Assembly (NCBI RefSeq): GCF_001194135.2 | Contig: NC_068992.1 | Location: forward strand, 60,984,289 to 61,048,288 | Source: Octopus bimaculoides | Taxonomy: Eukaryota | DNA length: 64,000 nucleotides | Direction: 5' to 3' | In this document: positions 50,531 to 64,000 of the stretch, one piece after another | Layout of the letters: each line of letters begins with the position of its first letter | Numbering within the stretch: position 1 is the first letter of the stretch | Notes under the pieces: model-generated | Databases searched by the model: none | The model's input: the letters and a program-made list of their open reading frames with translations, nothing else | What the model was told of the DNA's origin: nothing | Translations under genes and position numbers: made by a program

Positions 50531-52681
50531 CTAACTGAAGGAGTCTTCTCCTTTAAGACACTACCTTATGAATAAAGGAAGGACATATTAGAGGCGATGT
50601 AGTCCCTGATATTTAGAAGAGACTAGATAGTCGTAACTGGAATGTTTTTGATCGTAGATTTTTTTCCCCCTCTCAGCACTGACTCAGGGCTAAATTTTAG
50701 CTATCTTCATTTAAGTCTCTCTTCACACATACCTATTTTTCTGTCTCTTTCCTCCACATACATGGTTTTAGTGCTATCTTCAGTTATTTAGGGAGTTATA
50801 TCGGTGTGTTAATTAGTTGAATATATGTAGCCGATATTGATTTACTACAAGTACTACTTTCCCTGATGAGACCAGTTACAGACGATCATAACGATTAGAT
50901 TACATTTCGCTAGCACTGGTTTACAGTATCCTGCGTAAGTTGAATACTAATTGCATTAATGATGAGACATTAATTCATTAATTTTACATAACTCCATAGC
51001 TATTCCATAATTGGACATTACTTTTGGAATCCAACAGTTAATTGGTAATCAAGTAATATGAAACTTAAAAAAAAAAAGCAACAGGCCTTATCTATCTCAG
51101 TGATGCTTATAATATCTAATGACATTTTGCATTGAAAGTCTTCGCGTTTAATTGATTCATAAGTTATTTCCAATAATAGTTAAGAACCATTCCGCAGAGA
51201 TACTGTGTGCTTTAGCAGAAATGTTACAGCGCCGGACTAAATAACTACAAGGTAGATCGTCTTTATTCTTCATGTGTCCAGGATCGAGTATGTAATAGAG
51301 TTCGATTGAAAACATTTATTTTACTCTTCTTCCCTTATCTTATACCAATGTAAGATTATATTTTTCCAGGGTTACTTTCAAAATAACATCGGTAGCATCT
51401 TTCAGAATGACATGCATGCCACACTTTCTTACTGTCCCTGCCATTTGATTATTTCCAAGTTGCGTTAAAAGCGTGAATATTACACGATCGCATTCATTTC
51501 TTCTATAAATTTGTGGCTTAAAGAAAAAAAGATTAAGGAATCATTATTAGCTCTCGTTTTCGTTCCTAACTGTTCTTGATTTCAAATTCTACTATTGTCG
51601 ACTTCGTCTCTGCGAGAGAAGAACGGTGACGACGTTCGATAAAAGAAGTATAAATAATTACTGCATCGAAGCAATCGATTTATCCTCCTCCTCACCACCA
51701 CCACCACCACCTCTTGTTTAGATACGAGAGCTGCAATCGGTCTCGTACCTCGTCAAAGGAAATCAATTAGATGAGAGTATTGTCAATAATGATTTGTGAT
51801 GTTGGTAGTGACGTTGCACAATTGATCAAATATAGATAAATTTATTTAGAAATAGAAGTAGAGAAAAGTGTTGTGAAGTGATTCTTTTCTTAGAGCTGTC
51901 CCATTCTTGCAGGTGAAGTAGAACTCGTGTGTCATATTAACGGAGAGCATGGTTTTTCTTCCTTTTTCTCCCTTTCCTCATCTGAAAGCTCTTTGTAATA
52001 TATCAGATCAAATGAAGTCTAACGACTGTGGTGGCGGTGAGGAATACTGCAGTAACGCGAGAGGAAGAGACAGAAAGAAGGAGACGGAAACGATTGAATG
52101 ATATTATATCTGAATGGTTTCCAGTTGCAGAATCAATGAAAAGAGTGTTGGCAAGGAAGTGTTTTCGAAGCTTAAGTCGCCTGCACCGGGAAATTCCGAC
52201 ACCAATCGGCAGTGCCAATGTGCTGCAAATATCTATTTATAGATTCTTCACTAATTGAACTATTCTGGTAACGTCACTCTGTCGTCGTTCTTGCTGAATC
52301 TGGGAGATTTCCTTGCTCTGCTGTTGCTTATTTATCTCTCTCTCTGACCATTGCTGCTAAAACGAATCTCTATAGTGACACATCCAAACAAAAAGCTTCT
52401 ACGCCGTCGCCACCACCACCACCACCACCACCACTACTACTACTACTATTACTACTCATTAACGACCTCCTCCATCACTGTGCATCACGACTAACGAATC
52501 GAACCTGAAATACACACACACACACATATATGTATGTATGTGTGTGTGTGTTGTGAAGTTACGTAAGTGACTCAAAAGCTTAGGGTTTCGTGTCAAGGCA
52601 CTTGTCAAACAGGTGCTTTTAGTACTCTAGGCCTTTGGGGGTTACTAATATAACTCTACTGCTACTACTACTACTCCTACA

Positions 52682-52724
<43 letters not shown>

Positions 52725-55700
52725 GTAGTAGTAGTAAAATATAACGTTTCCCTTATTAACCACGAAGGGTTGGTAAAGACATCGAGTAATAATAATAGTA
52801 ATAATAATATCTGCTTTTGGGTGGAAATGCAGCTAATGTATGTCTGTTTGAGATGGGTGGATTGCATATGCAAATCTGCTGCTCAGAAGATGCTAAGTGG
52901 TTGCATGTGTATGATGCATAGGTGCTAATAGGCTTGCGTTTGATGCATGGATGGGTGCATCAGTAAGTATATTTATGGTGCTTAAAGCATATGTAATGCG
53001 TGCAAGCATGTATAGTTATATGAGAATGCATAGATAGATATAATATTGTCGTGTATATGTTGCAGTTGTTTAAGCCCAAGTCACCTATGACTGAGCATAT
53101 CTGTGACCAAAGATGTTCCTTCTATGACCATCCCTCCTTTTATTTCTGACCGTGGGTTGTTATCTGAGACGATTATGGCTACTATTTCTAGCAGATGCTA
53201 TATGCATTTATTTCTTGAAAATGATTATGAATTCAGTGTTTAGGGCCATATTCAAAATGGGCGTTGTCGTTTAACCCCAGGTCAACTCCGACTGAGTAGA
53301 CCTATGGTCAAAAGCGTTTCTAGCAATGGCCATCGCGTTCTTCCGTTGGACATTGTTAACCTGGAAGTATAATATGGAATGCAGCCCTCTCAAGACGGTA
53401 GAGTGGGATTTGGTAACTATTTCTAGCCTACTCAGTGAATGATGAGGTTCCCGCGTTAGCTCATTACAATTACATATACATGGTTATATATCTGTATGGG
53501 ACATATTGCTCGTATACTTGTAATCTTGCGTTGCATCGATGCAACAAAAGGCACATGTATATTCCCTCGTGTATTGGGACATGTTTCATATGTTCCTTTA
53601 ATCGTATATAACTTAAAATTACTATCATTCTTATTTTAATTGAATCTTGTGTGTGTACGTGTTAGCGTGTTTGTACAGTGAATGTTTAGTCTAAATCAGC
53701 GCTGGTCGAGCAGGTCCTATGATAAAAGGTATTTCGACTGTGACAATTCCTTTTTATTCAAGCAGTGGACTGCATTATCCAATCTATACTTTCTCTTTCA
53801 AAGAAAGTAGGAAGTAATTTGAGAGGACATTTCTAATAAACTGAGCGATAAAGAAGTTCCCTCCTTATCTCATGGTATGAGCCCATTTTTATTTAGTACA
53901 TGAGGGATTACACTGTCTTATGTACCCCCCCCCCTTATTTTTTTAAAGACGATAGGGTGTAATTTGGAGGAGATTTGGTTGCTTTTTCTAGCTGATCAAG
54001 TGACCGTGTAGGGGCTCCTCCGTTGTAATATAGTTTATGCGTGTTTAATGAGTGCGCGTGTATATTATGTACGTCTGTATACGTTTAACCTTCTCACTCT
54101 CCAAATACTCTATAATCGCATAACATTTAGAATGGAATAAACAAAATCTAATACATGACTCTTATACTCGTCTGTTTACCTATATTATCTGGTATTCAAT
54201 ATTTACATACCAATCAAAAATAGACACTAGGAATTGATTATTTCTGATTTGCACAATTTCTCTTCACTCTCCATTTACTTTTGACATTAAAACCTTCTGT
54301 CGTATTTATTTTATTGGTAGAAAATCGCTAGAAGTGTCGGATAAAATGTGTCTTGCGGTATTTAATTATGATCTTATAGGTTTTCAGTTCAAATTCCACC
54401 CAGGTCAATATTTGTCATTCATCTTTCCGTTTTCGATAAAATAAGTACGCTTGAGTACCAGGAGTCGATCTGATCGACCATAACCCTTCCCCAAATTTGA
54501 AACCATGTGCCCGCGTTAGGAATCAATATTTATAATTAGTGTCGATTTCATTTTACTATAACCCAGCATCTCTCTCTCTCTCTCTCTCTCTCTCCCTCCC
54601 CCTCTCTCTCCTGAAATATTTGCTTTGTTGCTTAGTGTAAAGAAATCAATATTGGCGTTGAATTTGTCCAATCTTAAGTAACAAGCAAGAATGTACAATA
54701 TGATTGAATATCCTTCAGTCATCGTTATGTGTATTGTATATTTATTCACTTTAGATTTACAAAAAAGGGTTGTAGACATACGTATTAGCATTCCTATTCT
54801 TCAAACATTCGTGCATATTTAGCGCCGTGGTTTGGTAGTTTGGAGAAAAGAAAGGAAAAAGAACTATATATAATTCGATTTTATTTTTATTTTTACATAC
54901 GCATTGCACCATAAGAAATTATATTGGAAATTGGAAAAGTAAGGAAATGCAGTGAAAATGAACGTGTTCAAACTGAGAATTGGAACAGGGTCGTGCGATT
55001 AGTTAGCTAACATTGTGCTGCAACATGGCACGTCAGTCTACTGTACATTATAAAAGGCTGCACCATAATCAATGATATATATATATATACAAGCATTCAT
55101 GCAGACATATATACATGTGAACATATATACATCATCATCATTTTACGTCCGTTTTTTCAATGCTTACATGGGTTGGATGGGTCTTCTGTAGCATTGTCTC
55201 TCTACACTTACTGCTAACCCTTTCCATCTCTTTAATGGGGTTCAACCTCTTAAGAAACAACTTTCATTACTTCTTTCTTGGGTTAATACACACACACACA
55301 CACGGTGGTGTATAAGGTGTTTGATCAGTAGAGTCAGTAGTGCAACAGACACAATGTTTTGTGATATTTGTTCTAGCTCTCTACAGTCTTGAGTTCTCAT
55401 CCCACAAGGTCAATTTTGCTTTTTGTCCTTTCAGGGTCAGTGAACAAAGTACCAGCCCTGTTCTTGTATCTCTCTCTCTCTTTCCATATTTTACGTACCG
55501 TATGTTCTCCAGGGTTGAGAGTGTAAGGGTTGACAAGTATCTCCTTGTCCCTGCATGGCCACTTAGAAAACTTAACAAAATCATAGTACCTGATACCAAG
55601 TGATTTTCTGTGATGAGTGTTGGTTATAATAAATCTTTCATTTCAGTCATTGGACTGTAGCTATGCTGGGGCATCACCACGAAGGGTTTTTACTAAAAAA

Positions 55701-56956
55701 AAAAAAAAAATCAATCTCAGTACTTGTTTTTTTAAGTTTGATACTTATCCTGTCATCCCTTTTTGCTGAAGTGCTAAGCTATAGGGACATAAACAAACCA
55801 ACACCAGTTGTCAAATGGAGGGCAAACACACGCACATACACGTGTGGGCTTCCACACAGTTTCCGTCTACCAAATTCACTCACAAGATATTGATTGTCCC
55901 AGGAATATAGTAGAAGACAAATCAGTCTCTTTTTGCACTGGGAGATTGCACATTTATCTTTTACTTGTTTCACTCATTGGACTGCAGCCATGTTGGGTAC
56001 CACCTTGTTGGGTTTAGCCAAACAAATCAGTCTCTTTTTGCTTAACTGTTAAGTTGCAGACATAAGCAAACCCACACTGGTTGTCAAGTAGAAGTGGGGG
56101 ACAAATACAAAGACGTGTGTGTGTATATATTTGTTGGACTCACAATCTTGAGATAGTGAGTTCGATTCCTGGACTGGGATGTATGATGTGCTCTTGAGCA
56201 AGACACTTTATTTCACATTGCTGCAGTTCATTCAGCTGTAGAAATAAGTTGCCTTTCCCTTGGATAATACCAGTGCTGTGGAGAGAGGAGGCTGGTATGC
56301 ATGGGCGACTGCTGGTCTTCTATAAACAACCTTGCCCGGACTTGTGCCTCAGGGGGTAACTTTCTAGGTGCAATACCATGGTCATTCATGGCCGAAAGGG
56401 GTCTTTACTTTTGCTTGTGTTTATATATATATATAATATGATATAATAACTTGGTTCCAAACAGGTTCCATCTACCAAATTCATCTGCCAGTCTGGGGCT
56501 ATAGTAGAAGACACTTGTCCAATGTACTGCACTGTGAGATGGAACCTGAAACCATGTTGTTGCAAAATGATCTTTTTAACCACACAGCCATGCCTGCACC
56601 ACACACACTCACACACAATACTTTTATTAGTTAATAAAAGGGAGTGTTAATTCCCTGACCATTTCATTTTCTGGCATACTGGTCAGATTAATGCAATTAA
56701 TATTCCTCTGCAAGATGAGAGAGAGAGAGACTTCCATGGTAGAATTACTAGGCAATTCTCTTTGTGCTGTTGAAGAATAGAATATTGTGGGAGGATTCTG
56801 TTCTGAAACCTTGTGTAGATTTGACAAGAAGTATTTGATGTAGCATGGTTCTTTCTTGTTAAGAAATATATTGATTTCAATATGAATGTCAGAATTGGTA
56901 GTGTGTTGGATTAAATGCCCAGCTTTGTTTAATCTTTGTCTTGCATTTGGCTTCTC

Positions 56957-56987
<31 letters not shown>

Positions 56988-58577
56988 ACCACCATCATCA
57001 TCATCATCATTATCATAATATTTTAATTATTTATGGTGGCCAGAGCTCATGTTCACAATTTAGAATCAAATAATAAACAAATAATTTCTTTGTCCACATA
57101 CGACATCTGGCCTTGTTTTATATCTTGATCTTAGTTTAAGCCTACTTATTGGCATCTTCTGAAAGTTACTACCAGACCCAAGCATGACCGTCATATATGC
57201 CAGCCTTACTACTGGTAAACTCATTAAACTTTCAGTGAAGCTGGTTCAAGATGGTTATTTGGTCTGCCCTGGAGCGCCAAGGTTGGGCTTGTGATTATCT
57301 GTGCTGGACAAGAAGGAGCCTCACCCCACCCAAAAACTCCCATAAAGCCCACTAAAACTAAGATTGCTTTGCAGCCATATGATTTCTACTATAGAAATTA
57401 CCATTGAAAGTAGAAGGTACCATGCAGCTGACCAATGATGCGTGAGTAAATTTCGTAGATGGAAACTATGGAAGCTCATTGTGTGTATGTTGGTGTGTCA
57501 GTGTGTGTGTGTTTGTGATTGTCTCCCACCACTGCTTCACAACTGGTGTTAGTTTGTTTACATCCCCATAACTTAAAAATAAGTACTGATGCCAGTTTGT
57601 TTGACTAAACCCTTCAAGGTGGTGCCTCAGCATGGCCACTGTCCTATGACTGAAATGAAAAAAAGTAAAAGTCCTTTTTGAATTTTGAAAGAAAATTCCT
57701 CCTGGGGCCTGAAAGCAACCTTGTTATGCCTCACTAAATTTGTCTCAGTGGCTCTGTCTTAATGTACTTGTAGTTATTACTATATTGGTGTGCAATCTAT
57801 GAACTTGGTCGGGTTCATTGCTTAATTGATACATGTTTGATATTAACTCCAGGTCAATTCTATTTGCATTTGATCATGGCTATAATTAAATGTGTCCTAG
57901 CTTTGATCAGGCTGCTTGCCTTTTCCTTTTGTTTTTTTTTTTCTTGCAGTGTGGATCTGTGATTACATTGTCTAACATATTCTTCCTACTTTCAAGATCT
58001 GAATGCAGTTTGAGAGAGATTTTGCTGTTTCTAGCATATTGCTTGATCAAATAGTAGCTCAACCGATGAATGAGCTTTTGTTAGTGTGCATTACTGAACT
58101 TAAATAATTTATCTTCAAGCAAAGCACATTGGATTTATAGAATTTAAAATCTATCTCTGTTCTATAGTTCCAACATTAAGAATTCTTTTCTGTCTCTTCT
58201 CAGATAAAAAAAAATACTGAAAGCTTAGAAATTCCCTGCTATACTTTTTATATTTCAAATATGATAGAGTTCCACATAAGTCAGTTGTATTGAAATGAAG
58301 GTGTGATAAATTTATTACAGATAAATGTGTTATGTGTCTGTTTTTACATACAAATAGCATTAAAAAAATTAGAGGCTGATATTTCCAGATAAAATTTGTA
58401 TAACAGTTTGTGTGTCTGAAAAGCTGACTGTTCTGATTGTAAAACCACCTCCCCACTACATGTGAAGAAATCAGTCTTTAACTGTTTATTACAAAAAGTG
58501 AAGCAAGCAGAACATCTTGAGTTGGCCAATGCCATGAATTTAGACAATCCAGGTTGGTGGTGATACAATGTCTGCAA

Positions 58578-58628
<51 letters not shown>

Positions 58629-59410
58629 ATAAATATATGCATATATACATGCATATANNNNNNNNNNCACACACACAATATAAATATATGCATATATACA
58701 TGCATATATGTACATACCTACATATATATGTATATATACATGCATATATGTGTAGAGAACATAAAAAAAAACGTAGACAAAATGAGAAACAAAAACATAA
58801 AAAACAAAAACATAGAAAACAAACTTTTTTCGAACAAGAAAAAGGAAAAAGGAACGAGACATGCAACAGAAAGAACATTCCCTTCATTAGTTGTCCCCTG
58901 TTTTATCTACTCTGCGTTTTGAAGGCAAAGACAAGATGCAACTTCATTAAAAGTCCTTCCTGCAAAGCAAATTAAATAAGGATGGAATGATCACATTTGG
59001 GAAGCTTTTGGTCATTGGTCTGCTTGTTCACAGCTGACTTGGGAGTGAACGACAACAATAACTTTGTAAGTAATTGTTGAAATAAAGCTATAGAGTGTTT
59101 TATTGTTTTTTGCTTTAGTTTTTAGTATTTGTGTTAGTTATATTAATTTGCTAGTAGTAGATTGGTGGTTACTGAACTTACAAACAAGTCTTAGTCACAA
59201 ATTACCTCATTATTTCAAAAGAATGCAAATGGTAAAGTTACTCTTCATGGTCATCGAAGTAAAACGAACAACAAGTAAGTTTTCAAAGAAAACTGGTTTA
59301 CTCTCTTATTAGCAGCTTAAAATTCCAACTCTCTATGGTTGACCAGAGCCATGAGGGAAAATTTAAAGAATATATATTATCGTCTATATATATATATATA
59401 TATATATATA

Positions 59411-59794
59411 CTCTTTTACTCTTTTACTTGTTTCAGTCATTTGACTGCGGCCATGCTGGAGCACCGCCTTTAGTCGAGCAAATCGACCCCAGGACTTATT
59501 CTTTGGATGCCTAGTACTTATTCTATCGGTCTCTTATGCCGAACCGCTAAGTTACGGGGACGTAAACACACCAGCATCGGTTGTCAAGCGATGTTGGGGG
59601 ACAAACACAGACACAAACATATACACATATATATATATACGACGGGCTTCTTTCAGTTTCTGTCTACCAAATCCACTCACAAGGCTTTGGTCGGCCCGAG
59701 GCTATAGTAGAAGACACTTGCCCAAGATGCCACGCAGTGGGAATGAACCCGGAACCATGTGGTTGGTAAGCAAGCTACTTACCACACAGCCACT
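59411..59794 (-). mobile_element. Well-preserved full-length tRNA-derived SINE; many older copies throughout the window
   Basis: Minus head GTGGCTGTGTGGTAAGTAGCTTGCTTACCAACCACATGGTTCCGGGTTCATTCCC (A and B boxes); CpGs retained; (AGTAAAAG)n tail. Confidence 0.9.
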
Positions 59795-60149
59795 TCTATA
59801 TATATATCTTTTATGTTTTACTTGTTTCAGTCAGTTGACTGCTGCCATGCTGGGACACTGCCTTGAAGGGTTTTAGTTGAACAAATCAACCCCAGGACTT
59901 ATCTTTTTATTTTAGCCTGATACTTATTCTGTTAGTTCCTTTTGCCAAACTGTTAAGTTACAGGGACATAAACACACCATTGGTTGTCAAGCAGTGAGGA
60001 GGAACACGCACACAATCAACTTCTTTTAGTTTCCGTCATTGATGTATATAAATCATTAGTAGCAACAAGGTCTGGACCTTATAGGGAGAACTATTGAGTA
60101 TAGAAACCAGATATTTCTAAGAAAGGGTATTTGTGTGGGGTTTTTTGTT

Positions 60150-60560
60150 TTTTTTTGGTGGAGTCTATACAAAGGAGCAATGTGCGTGGTCTATGCAAAG
60201 CCACTGAAATTGGTGAGTTTGATACCATTAATGCTCTAACTTAAACTGGTGTAATTCAATGCTTAGCAGGAAAGACATGAGCAGGGAGGAAAGTTCCAGA
60301 GGATGGATGCTTAGGGAAGGAAGGACAGAGCCTAATGAGTAGAAAGGACACATCAAGGGTAATGAGAAATGAGTATGGATTGCTTGAATGGAGGTGGCTT
60401 GAGACTTGTCAGCTTGAAGGAGTAGAGGTCATTGATGCTATAGTAAAAAAGGTAGAAAGCAATGGTGCATCTGTGAGCAAAAGGAACAGGAATGTGTCTG
60501 TGATGTTATGCCAGTTGGTAAAGTGGTGTTTTTGGATGTGGTCTAGTTTGACACCTAGTT
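60150..60560 (-). mobile_element. CR1-group LINE 3' remnant
   Basis: Degenerate minus-strand RC.IAFYLFY...SFLP.ASILWN.PP, similar to the RR.VA.L.LFY...SFFPRT..LWNSLP motif. Confidence 0.45.
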
Positions 60561-61337
60561 CATTGAATCTCTATTTTTAATGAAAATATGAATGAATGAA
60601 AGAAAGAAAATAGAATTTTAGATTAGTTTAGGAGCCTTTCGATCTAGATATTGAACAGAAAAAGAAACAAAATATGTTATGTGGAGATAATTACAATGTA
60701 ATTATTAATAACACACACATGTATACATATGTATTTACATATGCATATGTGTATGTATGATATATGCATGTCTATGTGTGTATATATACATGTATATACT
60801 TATGCATGTGTATATATGTATGCATATATATGTATACACACATATACATACACATGTGTATATGCATCCATGCACACATTCAAAGAGAAACAAATATTAG
60901 TCAGAAAATATCAATCGATGAATTTATGTATGCTTTTAATGTTTTGTTTTTATGCTGGAAAACAAACTATTCTATGAATTTTGAATAATTGCATTTGAAT
61001 GGCTTGAGCATGTGTCATTAAAGCTGGTTTCTCTTCAACAACATTGAAATAGTGTCTTCTTCTTTCACTACCAGTCAAATAATTTCGCCATGTTATGTAA
61101 TATTCTTTGTATGAGAACTGGCACCATGTTTGCAATAGGAATTTTCATCTGTGACCCCAATAGCTTTAAAATCCCAAAGATTGTGTTGGCAAAAGAAAAT
61201 GAACTTAGAATTATTCAAATTATGCATCTGTGTGTAAATCTTTTCAAATTAGACTTTATCTCTTATAGAAATGGAAAAAATATATTTAAAAGAAATCTCC
61301 AATTCTCTCTCTTTTCCTTCTTTGTTTGTTTATTTGT

Positions 61338-61374
<37 letters not shown>

Positions 61375-62999
61375 GTAAATTTGATCGAATTTTTGAAATG
61401 GCTTTTTGTTGAATTATTTAGCTATTGCTTTTTACTAGTAATCAAAGAACAGATTATAAATCATGCTTTAAACTGATATTAAGATGCTGGCATGGTTCTA
61501 AGGTTTTAGCTTTTCTCCCACTGTGTGGCAACTTGAGCAAGTGTCTTCTACTACAGCCCTGAGCTAACCAAAAAACTCTGAGGTATCATCCTTTAATGTC
61601 CATTTTCCATACTGGCATAGATTGGGTAGTTTAACAGGATTTAGTAAGCCACGAGACTATTCTGAGCTCCAGTGTCAGCTTTGGCATGTTTTCTATGTCA
61701 AGAAATGAGGAGGTCAAATTAATTTTTGAACTGTGTACAAGCTCAAAATTTAGCACATTTTCATGTGTATATCATTGTCATCATCACCATTGTCATTTTT
61801 ATGTCTGCTTTTTTTCTATCAATATGGCTTGGAAGAAACTTTTTGAGGTGGTATTTTATGGTTGGAGGCCCTTCCTGTTGCCAACCCTTATGTTTTCAAG
61901 TAAGGTACTTTTATTCCACTGGGCTTCACATATTGAAGCTGCCAAAATACAGGACTTGTTTACAAGATGCATAAACATGAACTAACCACCACTCAAATGT
62001 TGTTTATGTGAAGACATGAAGACACTAAACATTCACCTGTTTTCTTATATAATTTTTAAAAAGGAACAGTTGGCAGTGACTCTGAAGTTTCACCTACTTG
62101 GATTCATCACCCTGTTAGGAAAATCGTCTTCCAAGTCTTATATATAATCGTTTCTTTGGTGAAGCAATGTGGTTGCAAAGAAGGTGTAATATAGTGAATA
62201 AAGAAAAGCAAATGGAGATAATGAAACGAGAGAGGAAGAAAAAGCAGTGGACAAATGAGGAGAAATAGAAAAAGAGAAGGAAGTAAAAGATAAATGTTTA
62301 AGTGGTGGAGGAAAGGAAAAGTGAGTTCAAATTAATTTTAGTCCTTCTCATTGGCTTATTACATTAACTAGGTTTATACTACTATTAACTATTCTTCATG
62401 CAGAAGGTTTCCCTGGAAAATTTCCCATTGTCATGAATGAAACTGTAGTTAGTGTATTTGTTTGTACTCCTTTTTTTGACTATTTCATGAATGAAGATTA
62501 ACTTCATGACTGTACATTCCTCTCTCCCCTCACTCTTTCTTAATCTCTTATTCCCACTTTCTTGCCCCCACCCCACCCCAACGCCTCTCAGTCAGACACT
62601 GTATTTGCTTTCTATGTTAAAGTTATCTTCTGTACTTCTCTCTCTCTGCCCCTCTCTCTGACATCTTAATAATTTTTCCTAAAATGATTTTTCCCAAACA
62701 CTTTTAACTTCAAAAGTCTAAAAAAAGTTCCTGCTCATTTTTGTTGAATGTTATTCGTCTTCATCTTCAATTTGGTTTGTTTTCTTTTATCATTGTCATT
62801 ATATAGCAGTTTGTGCATGCATGCTTGTATGTGTATGCGTTTATTTGAATGCATATTCTGGACCAGAGAAAATCGGTTAAAAAAACCCCCCAAAACCTAA
62901 TTCAAAAAATAAGTACCTATTTCCTGCAGGTGGGCTAATGCAGTATCATCTAGTTCTGTCAGTATTTCACATTTTACACCTCTATCCAAGAGCACCTGC

Positions 63000-63037
<38 letters not shown>

Positions 63038-63038
<1 letters not shown>

Positions 63039-63393
63039 GAGCACTCAGAGCGCAAACCTCTGCCATGGCAACATCAGTGTCCTCTCAACGATTGGCTGGA
63101 GATGATTTTTAAAATGCGAATATCTGAAATAAACTCGACAGCTCTCACAAATGAGAATATAAAAAATGAACCCAACCACTCTCAAAAATTTTTTTTAAAT
63201 GGAAAAGTAATCCAGAATCCTTGTCCGGTACTGGATCGATCCCAAAATCTAATGAGTTCGTGCCTGTCATGAGATCAAACATCCCTGAAAATTTCATCCA
63301 AATCCATCCAGCAGTTCTTGAAATATCTTGTCCATGGACAAACAAACAAACATTATTGAAAACAATACCTCTGCCTTTGCTAAGGTGGAGGTA
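63038..63393. mobile_element. Non-autonomous element with a 3' hairpin, inserted in (TAA)n; possibly Helentron/HINE-like
   Basis: ACCTCTGCC near the 5' end is repeated within the terminal hairpin TACCTCTGCCTT-TGCT-AAGGTGGAGGTA; TAA repeats on both sides. Confidence 0.5.
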
Positions 63394-63602
63394 ATAATAA
63401 TGGTTTCAAATTTTGTCACAAGGCCAGCAAGTTGGGAGGGGAGGAGCAAGTTGATTACATCAAACTCAATGCTTGACTGGTACTTATTTTATCAACCCTG
63501 AAAGGAAGAAAGGAAAAGTTGACCGTAACAGAATTTGAACTCAGAAAGAATCTGGAAGAAATGTTACTAAACATTTTTTTCTAACAAGTTAACAATTCTA
63601 CC

Positions 63603-63958
63603 ATATGCCAATACACACAGATAGAGAAATTAAGGCAAATAGACCAGATATAGTTGTCAAAGATCATGAAGGAAAAAAATGCCTTCTAATTGATGTTTCA
63701 ATACCAGCAGATGACAACGTTTCTCTAAAAGAAATGGAAAAACTTTCAAAATACAAAGACCTGGAAATAGAGATAACTCGAATGTGGAATCTAAAAACAG
63801 AAACAATTCCTATCATAGTAGGTGCCTTAGGTATAATAAAAAAATATTCAGACAAATACATAACAAAAACACCAGGACTTACAAATATATATAACATACA
63901 GAAAATTGCACTACTGGGTACTGCACACATTCTACGCAAAACACTTTCAATACAGTAA
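63603..63958 (+). mobile_element. 5'-truncated RLE-endonuclease non-LTR retrotransposon (R4/Dong/NeSL-type) C-terminus
   Basis: RPDIVV...LIDVSIP...EKLSKYKDL...IPIIVGALG...QKIALLGTAHILRKTL PD-(D/E)xK motif, open to the stop. Confidence 0.88.
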
Positions 63959-64000
63959 ACATAAGAGCACCACAGCACATACCCAAGGCGCACAGAGCTG

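Noticed and set aside
58620-58700. Direct repeat on both sides of a 10-N gap
   Set aside because: Typical contig-overlap artefact
47023-64000. FERM exon 2 (a KDYFG-type motif was expected)
   Set aside because: No matching frame with splice sites was found; it probably lies beyond the window or in a gap

Overview
AT-rich, repeat-dense animal genomic DNA with six assembly gaps. It is probably octopus (coleoid cephalopod); this is inferred only from the recognisable tRNA-derived SINE families. Host genes supported: (1) a single H1-less core histone quartet arranged as two divergent pairs, <-H2B H2A-> [gap] <-H4 H3->, each gene intact and followed by a 3' stem-loop; (2) the first coding exon (46924-47022) of a FRMD5/FRMD3-like FERM gene behind a CpG-rich, possibly bidirectional promoter, with no second exon found in the remaining 17 kb. 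The rest is SINEs, microsatellites and decayed RTE, CR1-group, CRE, RLE-type, mariner, hAT and piggyBac elements. The most notable object is a 1472-bp, apparently full-length non-LTR retroelement (42206-43677). It carries only a Gag/ORF1-like zinc-knuckle frame, has no RT or endonuclease, and is inserted with a perfect 16-bp target-site duplication into the tRNA-like head of a SINE. Also notable: atypical histone 3'-processing context and substitutions, a pre-miRNA-like 89-nt hairpin, and recurrent fold-back (templated inverted) duplications at transposon breakpoints. All alignments were done by eye; repeat boundaries are approximate unless exact arms are quoted. Most ORF-track entries are spurious.
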